A stretch of DNA of 64,000 nt from Patescibacteria group bacterium. GTDB taxonomy: Bacteria; Patescibacteriota; Microgenomatia; UBA1400; MFAQ01. A model generated the notes under the pieces. That model did not search any database. It saw only the letters and a list, made by a program, of their open reading frames with translations, and was not told where the DNA came from. Location: assembly GCA_943355005.1 (NCBI GenBank), contig CALRDV010000004.1, positions 7,898 to 71,897 of the forward strand, written 5' to 3'. This document shows, piece after piece, positions 57,451 through 64,000 of this stretch (its first letter is position 1; each line of letters opens with the position of its first letter). A program made the position numbers and the translations under genes.

Positions 57451-58937
57451 TTTGTCAGTTTAAATATTTGAATTCCCAATTTATTTGTATTTACCAAAAC
57501 CCCCTTGATATTTCCCGAGTCCTCCCCTATCGTTACCAAATAATCATACCCCGAAAAGTTTGTGACCCATGAAGTATGATCAAAATCACGAGGGAAATAA
57601 TATAGATTGTGCAGCTTATCTACGATTATTTTACTGTCTTTTGGAAGACTTGCGACAAAGCCATCCGCATCAATAAAGATTCCAGGCAGGCGAAAATATT
57701 GAGAGGTTAAAAGAGTGTTTGTGTCTACCCTACCCAACAAGAACGGAATGTATTTTTGCATAGCCAGCAAGCGAAGCCCTAAGATTAAAAAGCCCGATAA
57801 AATAACTGCCCAAAATGTGATTTTTTGATAGATTGCATTTTTTATAGTGCTTAGGTAGACAATAACCGAAACAATTAGAGCCGGAAAGTAAGGCAAGAAA
57901 TACCTGGTGGAAGGTGGGACCAGAATCATGGTGAGAATACTGCCGAGTATGCCTACTACGGCAATTTTTCCAGCAATATTGTTTTTTTGCTTCAGAGAAA
58001 TTATGGCTAAGATAAAAACCAATCCCACTAGTGGAGAAACAAAATCATCAAAAGGTTTTGTGAGATACCATGGCGTAAGCAAAACGTGCTGAAAAGCACT
58101 TCCAATACCCGAAAATGAGTTGTCTGTAAGACCACTAAACAACGGATAAATTGGATTTCCGGTAAACCTGTATGCCAAATAGAACCAAGGAGAAGCCACC
58201 AAGATTGCAGGAAAAATGATTTGAGGACCAAACACAATACTATAAATCGCCAAAGTACCGAGCGCGAGCCATTTAGTGCCTATTGCCAGCCCCAAAAAAA
58301 TGCCTCCTATTTTCCAAGAACCTTTAATACAAAAATATAAAGCCAAAGCTTCCAAAAAAGTTCTAATGAGATCTATGTAGGCACTTCCAGACTGCCAGCT
58401 CACTAGCCAGGTGCAGTAAAAAAGAGAAACGCCAATCAATTTCCACAATGTGGTTTGTTTAAAATTCTCCAGAATTTTCCAGATGACATATCCCGTTCCT
58501 ATTCCGGCTAAGTATTGGACCAATTTGGGTCCAACGGTGCCGGTGAAGTGGATGAGAGGGGTGAAAATGGTTTCGGCTAGTCTTGGCATGACCGAGTAAT
58601 AAAGTAGCCCACCCGGGAAATACCATTGGTGCTTTAAAAGCCACAATTTTGGGATGGTCAGGTGGTACCAGAGCGCGTCGAAGCCGAGCTCGGGGGTGAA
58701 GACGAGGAGAAAATTGAGGAGGGCTAGTAAAATGATGGGGACTAAAAGAAGCACTACTAACCTGGATTGCCACAGCTCGAGTACGAGATTCGCAATGACG
58801 TGGGTGGAGGGAGATCGATTAACAGCTATTTTGTCATGCCGGACTTGATCCGGCATCCAGGCTTTTCTGGATTCCGGGTCGGAGTCCGGAATGACGTCAA
58901 TTATTTTTGAGTTAAGAGTTAGTTTTGGTTTTCCCAT
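57447..58937 (-). CDS. GT-C fold membrane glycosyltransferase-like protein (ArnT/PMT-like); N-terminal ~55 codons are repeat-derived and probably not coding
   Basis: Many TM helices followed by a C-terminal soluble domain. The 5' end of the ORF (58761-58937) coincides with dispersed repeat units. Confidence 0.45.
   Translation of the reverse strand: MGKPKLTLNSKIIDVIPDSDPESRKAWMPDQVRHDKIAVNRSPSTHVIANLVLELWQSRLVVLLLVPIILLALLNFLLVFTPELGFDALWYHLTIPKLWLLKHQWYFPGGLLYYSVMPRLAETIFTPLIHFTGTVGPKLVQYLAGIGTGYVIWKILENFKQTTLWKLIGVSLFYCTWLVSWQSGSAYIDLIRTFLEALALYFCIKGSWKIGGIFLGLAIGTKWLALGTLAIYSIVFGPQIIFPAILVASPWFYLAYRFTGNPIYPLFSGLTDNSFSGIGSAFQHVLLTPWYLTKPFDDFVSPLVGLVFILAIISLKQKNNIAGKIAVVGILGSILTMILVPPSTRYFLPYFPALIVSVIVYLSTIKNAIYQKITFWAVILSGFLILGLRLLAMQKYIPFLLGRVDTNTLLTSQYFRLPGIFIDADGFVASLPKDSKIIVDKLHNLYYFPRDFDHTSWVTNFSGYDYLVTIGEDSGNIKGVLVNTNKLGIQIFKLTK
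58761..58898. repeat. Dispersed palindromic repeat units
   Basis: CCTGGATTGCCACAGCTCGAGTACGAGATTCGCAATGACG is a near-exact copy of 55527-55566. TGCCGGACTTGATCCGGCA and TTCCGGGTCGGAGTCCGGAATGACG palindromes follow. Confidence 0.6.
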
Positions 58938-59773
58938 TGGAAGGTGCGGACGGTTAGTGATTGGACTGCCATCAAGTAAGCCAAAAATAATCCCGCCGTG
59001 CCGTCCAGGATTCCAGCTTTAAAGAAATAATTGACTTTAAATTTGAGCAGGGGATAGAAAATTAGACGAAACCAGGAAAATGGTTTGTTTTCTAAATTTA
59101 AATATTTCGCATCAATGGGACTGTACTTTCCCATTCTGTTCGAAAATGCAGACACAAAATGATCTTTCCGGTGATAGAGAGGTGATGCCAGCTCCCCTAC
59201 CCTACCTTTGATTTTCCAAACTTCATGGACAGTTCTAAAAAAATTTCCGGCGCTCCGCTTGGCCAACCTGAGAATTTTTATGTTTCCAGTTTCACCATGG
59301 CTTAAGGGCTGATGAAAAATGACATCTTTGCGACGTATACAGTAACCTGAGCACTTTGGATCTTTGAGGGTTTCAATTATTTCTCTTTGAAGCTCACTTC
59401 CCACATATTCATCATCATCCACAAATAGTACCCAGTCGGCCTTGGTCTGCTCTAAAGCGAAGTTTCTTTGGGCTGAGAAGTCGGAGTTGAGTGGGTGAGA
59501 GATGTATTTTATTTTTGATTTTTTGTTTTGGTCCAGATGGATCCCCGCCTTCGCGAGGATGACATTTGCGGAATTTCTGGATTCCGGGTCAAGCCCGGAA
59601 TGACGGGTGACGGTACCTGGATTCCAGGTCAAGCCCGGAATGACTGAAGTTGAGTCGAGGATGACAGAAATTGAATCCTGGATTACGATGATTTCGTCGG
59701 CGAAAGAAATTGACTTTAATAACTGTGAACTAAGAATCGAATTATTTGTAATGATGGCGACAGCTAGTTTCAT
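58919..59773 (-). CDS. GT2-family glycosyltransferase carrying an in-frame repeat insertion
   Basis: MKLAVAIITNN...ADEIIV and DDDE are GT2 motifs. Residues about 34-83 (DSISVILDSTSVIPGLTWNPGTVTRHSGLDPESRNSANVILAKAGIHLDQ) are encoded by repeat units at 59521-59690. Confidence 0.55.
   Translation of the reverse strand: MKLAVAIITNNSILSSQLLKSISFADEIIVIQDSISVILDSTSVIPGLTWNPGTVTRHSGLDPESRNSANVILAKAGIHLDQNKKSKIKYISHPLNSDFSAQRNFALEQTKADWVLFVDDDEYVGSELQREIIETLKDPKCSGYCIRRKDVIFHQPLSHGETGNIKILRLAKRSAGNFFRTVHEVWKIKGRVGELASPLYHRKDHFVSAFSNRMGKYSPIDAKYLNLENKPFSWFRLIFYPLLKFKVNYFFKAGILDGTAGLFLAYLMAVQSLTVRTFQWENQN
59521..59690. repeat. Tandem/dispersed palindromic repeat units inside the GT2 ORF
   Basis: CTGGATTCCGGGTCAAGCCCGGAATGACG at 59576-59604 and CTGGATTCCAGGTCAAGCCCGGAATGACT at 59617-59645 are 41 nt apart. 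GAGGATGACA occurs twice. Confidence 0.6.
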
Positions 59774-60915
59774 TGGCCTAAAATCTTCTTACTAACTCTA
59801 TTTGACAAACTTAAAGATGGAATTTCGACATATTTATAAACCAGGAGAGAAACTCCTGTGGCAATCAGGGTAGACAGAATCAGTAAGACGAAATGGATGG
59901 TTAAATAATAATCTGCATAGGGAAGGTTGGGAAGATAAAGAAACATGAACCTAGCCAAGATATAGAGGATAGAAAAATGGATGAGATAAAGACTGTATGA
60001 TATTTTGCCAAAAAATTGAAGTGTCTTGTTGTCCAGAAAATCAAATAATTTGGTTTTGTCGCTATAGATGATGAGTCCTATCAATTTCCAAGAGACAATG
60101 GCTTCAAAAACACCACCAACATACTCATCTGTCATATATCTGGTAACGAGCAAAATCACTAGTGTCACCGGTAAAGTAAGAGCGATGTACCAGTTCGGAA
60201 AATGGGAGAAGAATTGTTTAAATTTGGGCAACATCAGTCCAAGAAAAAACATATATAAATACCTTAAATCGCGAAAATCAGGAATATTAAAAATGGTAAA
60301 GTCTGCATAAATTAGTGCGACCGCAATTAAAAGATCAACAAACCAAGAGGTCTTTCTGGTGAAATGATAAAAAATTGGAATAATAAAGGAAGCAATGACA
60401 ATTACCCGTAAAGTCCAAGTAACTCCCCCCAAATAGGTGTGAATAAAAAATAAATTGTAGAAAAACTCTTTGAAAGTCATCTCAAAGTTCATCCACCAGA
60501 TGTACCAAAGCGAGGCTTGAGGAAAGGTCTGATAGACGAAGCCCAGCCGCATGTATAGAGCAATAAGTAAGATTACAAAGATGTAGACAGGATAAAGTCT
60601 AATCAATCTTTTGGTAATAAATGCAAACAAACTTCTTGGTGAAAATTCGACACGGCTGAGTGACTGTCCCAAGACCAATCCTGAGAGAATAAAAAATAAA
60701 GTGACAGCTGCTCCCCCATTCCCCAGAATCATCAACAACTGCTGAATCTTGCTCTGTAAATCGTGAAACTCGAAATAGTTCTGACCCCAGACATTGGCAA
60801 AAGCCGGAATGGCTACCACCAGAAATGAATGATTCAAAGCAACTATCAAAGATAAGATACCGCGTAAACCGTCAAGTTTGGTGATGCGTTCGGGTTTTTT
60901 TGACTCCATCATCAT
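59770..60915 (-). CDS. Acyltransferase family 3 (OafA-like O-acyltransferase) membrane protein
   Basis: The N-terminal ITKLDGLRGILSLIVALNHS is the AT3 motif. About 10 TM. Confidence 0.7.
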   Translation of the reverse strand: MMMESKKPERITKLDGLRGILSLIVALNHSFLVVAIPAFANVWGQNYFEFHDLQSKIQQLLMILGNGGAAVTLFFILSGLVLGQSLSRVEFSPRSLFAFITKRLIRLYPVYIFVILLIALYMRLGFVYQTFPQASLWYIWWMNFEMTFKEFFYNLFFIHTYLGGVTWTLRVIVIASFIIPIFYHFTRKTSWFVDLLIAVALIYADFTIFNIPDFRDLRYLYMFFLGLMLPKFKQFFSHFPNWYIALTLPVTLVILLVTRYMTDEYVGGVFEAIVSWKLIGLIIYSDKTKLFDFLDNKTLQFFGKISYSLYLIHFSILYILARFMFLYLPNLPYADYYLTIHFVLLILSTLIATGVSLLVYKYVEIPSLSLSNRVSKKILGQ

Positions 60916-60929
60916 GTATTATAGTGACT

Positions 60930-61802
60930 ATGAGAGATTTTAGATTACAGACTTTGGTAGACTGCATAAAAATATTGCAGAAAAGACAGATGAGTCTGTC
61001 GGACCTCCTGGCTTACGGATGGTTATGGGTCAAACCCTCTGAAGACAGGAAGGTAATGCCAAATAAAATGTATGATCGAATTGATTTGGTACAACTCAGA
61101 AAAATATCTTTCAAACTGGCACAAAGAGATCCGGCTTGGTTCCCTCGTTTATTCGAACCAACAACTCTTGGAATTAGAACTTGGGAGTATGGAGTGATGC
61201 TAAAACATGTTTCTTTTAGGGGAAAAACAGTTTTGGATGTCGGTCCGGGCAATAGCCGATTACCAAAGAATTTATCCAAAATGGGTGCCAAAGTAACAAT
61301 GCTAGACATGGATGAGCCGCTTGAAAAAACAGAAATCAAGAAAGACAAGAATCTTCGCTTTGTATTGGGAGACATGACAAAAATTAGTTTTAAAGATAAT
61401 CTTTTTGATCGAGTAATTTGTATCTCGGCAATTGAGCACGTAGATATGAAATCCGGAGGTAAGTTTTTTGATCTATCGGAGTACCTAAATAGAGCACTTC
61501 AAGCTATCAGAGAAATGGCTAGAGTCACAAAAAAAGGAGGCGTTTTTTACCTGACAACTGATTTTTATCTGCCCGAACAAAAAACCGATAAGTGGTCCGA
61601 GTCAACTGATAAAATTCATGGGGCATTCCCGTGGACCTATATCGACAAATTTGCCGAAGAAATTGAGAAGTCAGGAATTAAACTAAACTCGAAGGTAGAA
61701 TCGGATGAAGAAATTCTGAGAGGCAATACAAATAAAGCTATTTACCGGGGTAGGTATTTCACGACCGTCGCTTTTATGGGAAGTAAAACCGACAAACAAT
61801 GA
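60930..61802 (+). CDS. Class I SAM-dependent methyltransferase
   Basis: Motif I VLDVGPGNSRL, an acidic post-I residue, and FDRVICISAIEHV. Start at ATG 60930 (MRDFR) rather than the overlapping 60900. Confidence 0.6.
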   Translation: MRDFRLQTLVDCIKILQKRQMSLSDLLAYGWLWVKPSEDRKVMPNKMYDRIDLVQLRKISFKLAQRDPAWFPRLFEPTTLGIRTWEYGVMLKHVSFRGKTVLDVGPGNSRLPKNLSKMGAKVTMLDMDEPLEKTEIKKDKNLRFVLGDMTKISFKDNLFDRVICISAIEHVDMKSGGKFFDLSEYLNRALQAIREMARVTKKGGVFYLTTDFYLPEQKTDKWSESTDKIHGAFPWTYIDKFAEEIEKSGIKLNSKVESDEEILRGNTNKAIYRGRYFTTVAFMGSKTDKQ

Positions 61803-61819
61803 TATAAGTTCACACAAAA

Positions 61820-62605
61820 TTGGGATCTTTTGATTTTTGGTACAAAAAAGGCGACTTGGTAATTGGAAGACGAATCTCCCTTAACAAATATGAGAAATTT
61901 GAGTCCTTTTTGATGAAAAAATTATCTTTAGACGACGGAATTGCATTTGATGTTGGTGCCAATATCGGTTTTTATTCTCTTATTCTTTCTAAGCTTGTAA
62001 AAAAAGTGGTTGCCTTTGAGCCGGAACCTATGAACTTAAAGTTGTTAAATAAGAATATTCATGAGAATAAGATTCGAAATATTGAGGTGATTGGGATGGC
62101 AGTCTCAGATAATACCTCTAAACTGCACCTTGGTTTGTCTACTGATAATTTTGGAGATCATCAGATAAATTCTATTGACGAAGACCGCAAAAATATTACA
62201 GTCGAATCTACAAACCTAGATTCTCACATGTCACAAAAGGTGGCATTGTTAAAAATCGATACTCAAGGCTGGGAACCGAAAGTTATCGACGGAGCAAAGA
62301 AATTGATTATTAGAGATAAACCGACAATTTTTATGGAATTTTGGCCTGAGGGATATAAAAGATCTGGCTTGGACTTCACAAAAATGATGAATTTTTTGGA
62401 AGAAGTGTACGGGAAAATATATCTAATTGATGATCGATTAAACTTAGTCTATCCAATCAATAAAGATTCACTACAAAAAAGATGCAAGTCTAAAAAAGGA
62501 TATCTAGATCTTCTGTTTAAATCTAATATGACTACAACGGATGTCTGGATTTGCCTTTGTAAATTTAGGATTAAAAAGATATTTTCTTTATTCAGACTAG
62601 CCTAG
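61820..62605 (+). CDS. FkbM-family methyltransferase
   Basis: FDVGANIGFYSL is the FkbM signature, followed by the ...IDTQGWE motif. 261 aa. Confidence 0.65.
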   Translation: MGSFDFWYKKGDLVIGRRISLNKYEKFESFLMKKLSLDDGIAFDVGANIGFYSLILSKLVKKVVAFEPEPMNLKLLNKNIHENKIRNIEVIGMAVSDNTSKLHLGLSTDNFGDHQINSIDEDRKNITVESTNLDSHMSQKVALLKIDTQGWEPKVIDGAKKLIIRDKPTIFMEFWPEGYKRSGLDFTKMMNFLEEVYGKIYLIDDRLNLVYPINKDSLQKRCKSKKGYLDLLFKSNMTTTDVWICLCKFRIKKIFSLFRLA

Positions 62606-63382
62606 AAAAAACTTTACTCTTAAAAAGAGATTGAAGATTAGATATAGTGGGCTGGCCATCACAGAAAGGTGTTTGCGGCAGAACAATAAATGGCTTTGAG
62701 CCAGTATCCAAAGTTTTCCTTTTCCCAGTTTTGACGTAGTTGTGGAAAGATGGTGAAAGAGAATTGCCTTTATAGCAATTTTTTGAGTGAAGCCTGCCTT
62801 TACAGCCCGTAGACAAAAATCGGCATCTTCATAATATAAGAAGTAGCTGTCGTCCAAATAGCCTATTCTCTTAAAAACTTTAGCCTTGATCAAAAGACAG
62901 GCTCCGGTAAAGTAATCCGGAAGCTGAGATGGCAATTTTAGTTTACGACTAGTGAGATGAGTATTTCTTCCGAATTTATGATCAACAACTCCTCCAAAAT
63001 CATAGGTGTTTTGTCCATCCTTATTGTATTTAATTACGGGGGCAGCTATATCAGAGTTTTCTTTGAGGAGTTCGGAGACAAAATCTTTCGAATCAATTAA
63101 GCTATCCGGATTTATAAGTAAGACATAATCGGCTCCGTCTTTGAGCGCCTGTTTAATTCCTAGATTGTTTCCGCCCGCAAAACCGAGATTTGTAGTGGAA
63201 CGAATTATTTTGACTCCCGCTAGATTTTTGGTGAGATGAGCAAAGGAATTACTTGTACTCCCGTTATCTACGACATAAAAATATAGATTTGATTCCCCAC
63301 TTTTTGATTTGGAAAAGGATTTGATACAGGCAACTGTCTCTTCTTGATTATGATAGTTTACGGTGATGACGGCGATTTTCAT
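62597..63382 (-). CDS. GT2-family glycosyltransferase (rhamnosyl/GalNAc-transferase-like)
   Basis: MKIAVITVNYHN...VVDNGSTSNS, DGADYVLLINPD and YYEDADFCLR are GT2-A motifs. Confidence 0.75.
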   Translation of the reverse strand: MKIAVITVNYHNQEETVACIKSFSKSKSGESNLYFYVVDNGSTSNSFAHLTKNLAGVKIIRSTTNLGFAGGNNLGIKQALKDGADYVLLINPDSLIDSKDFVSELLKENSDIAAPVIKYNKDGQNTYDFGGVVDHKFGRNTHLTSRKLKLPSQLPDYFTGACLLIKAKVFKRIGYLDDSYFLYYEDADFCLRAVKAGFTQKIAIKAILFHHLSTTTSKLGKGKLWILAQSHLLFCRKHLSVMASPLYLIFNLFLRVKFFLG

Positions 63383-64000
63383 AAAATATTATTTCTAATT
63401 CTGAGACGTTTTTTTGCCAGGTAAAATTGCTGACTGATTCCTTCACCCCATTCTCCCCCATTTTTAATAATTTTTCTTTGTCTCTTAGAAGTTTACCAAG
63501 AGCGTCGGCAATAATTGTGGAATCCCTTTCGATTAGTAAACCTGTTACACCGTGAATTACAGTTTCTTTAAAACCGCCTTCGTTTACAGCCACTACAGGA
63601 GTTCCGCATGCCATGGATTCAACCACTGAGAGTCCGAATGGTTCTAGGTGTGCTACAGCTAAAGTTAATTTGGACTGGCAGTAGATTTTTCTAAGCTTTG
63701 CTTGGTCCAGACCAATAATTATATCCAGATCTATATGAAGCTTCTTAGCCATTTTCGTTAGACCGGAAATATCCCAATTTCTGGGAGACGCGATTACAAG
63801 TTTTGGCCTAGTCTTTTTATCGATTTTTGAGATGATTTCGATTGCGAAAGGCAGCGCCTTCTGTGGTTCGTGATTGCCTACAACCAAAAATTGATTTTTC
63901 CTAACAACTCTTTCAGGGAAATATTCTTTGGTATCAATTCCTAGATGTATAGGCTTGCTCAAAAGACCATAAGCTCTAAAAATAGATTCTGAGGAATAAA
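63348..64000 (-). CDS. GT4-family (GT-B) glycosyltransferase, truncated at window end
   Basis: EPFGLSVVESMACGTPVVAVNEGGFKETV is the GT1/GT4 C-terminal motif. The frame stays open upstream of the ORF-track start through nt 64000. Confidence 0.7.
   Translation of the reverse strand, partial: YSSESIFRAYGLLSKPIHLGIDTKEYFPERVVRKNQFLVVGNHEPQKALPFAIEIISKIDKKTRPKLVIASPRNWDISGLTKMAKKLHIDLDIIIGLDQAKLRKIYCQSKLTLAVAHLEPFGLSVVESMACGTPVVAVNEGGFKETVIHGVTGLLIERDSTIIADALGKLLRDKEKLLKMGENGVKESVSNFTWQKNVSELEIIFYENRRHHRKLS

Noticed and set aside
59576-59645. Possible CRISPR array, because of two near-identical 29-nt units 41 nt apart
   Set aside because: There are only two units and no further regularly spaced repeats. 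The units are palindromic and belong to the dispersed MITE-like family seen at five other loci. No cas genes are adjacent.

Overview
This 64-kb window looks like a small-genome, low-GC (roughly 35-40%) bacterial chromosome. My inference is a Candidate Phyla Radiation / Patescibacteria-type organism. The evidence is short genes, many Pro/Thr-linker secreted proteins, a gatCAB operon, N-domain-less ClpB, an archaeal-type isopentenyl phosphate kinase, and weak Shine-Dalgarno usage. TGA, TAA and TAG all terminate genes, so the code is standard (genetic code 11).

Housekeeping genes I can support from motifs:
- A P-type cation ATPase, ruvC, dnaE followed 10 nt later by rplS, gatC-gatA-gatB, an ABC-F ATPase, clpB and pyruvate kinase.
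- mntH-mntR, htpX-lemA, two NUDIX hydrolases, an RRM protein, a CcdA-thioredoxin fusion, a PAP2 phosphatase and an MFS transporter.
- A cell-envelope glycosylation cluster at the 3' end of the window: GT2, GT1, GT-C, acyltransferase-3 and methyltransferases.

RNA genes: four tRNAs, namely Lys-TTT, Glu-TTC, Asp-GTC and Thr-CGT.

Features not explained by ordinary genes:
1. Two copies of a roughly 80-90 nt structured-RNA-like element (34855-34941 and 41753-41831). Both sit just after terminators, and copy B is 45 nt upstream of an HD-hydrolase gene. They share an identical roughly 35-nt core and a covarying closing stem.
2. A dispersed family of palindromic MITE/REP-like repeats with core GGATTCCGGGTCAAGCCCGGAATGAC. 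Copies lie in several intergenic regions, and one is inserted in-frame inside a GT2 gene.
3. A GC-elevated islet next to tRNA-Asp that carries two unrecognisable proteins.
4. A degenerate tRNA-Glu 3'-end direct repeat, which looks like an att-site remnant.
5. A PIF1-helicase/DUF45-hydrolase operon, two Cas4-like PD-(D/E)xK nucleases with no CRISPR array, and a DUF2130-like protein.
6. A compositionally foreign P-type ATPase cassette with a consensus sigma-70 promoter and a long leader hairpin.
7. A perfect 16-bp palindrome centred on the mntH start codon, which I read as a candidate MntR operator.

I cannot run homology searches or RNA folding here, so every functional call rests on motifs I can read directly in the translations or the sequence.
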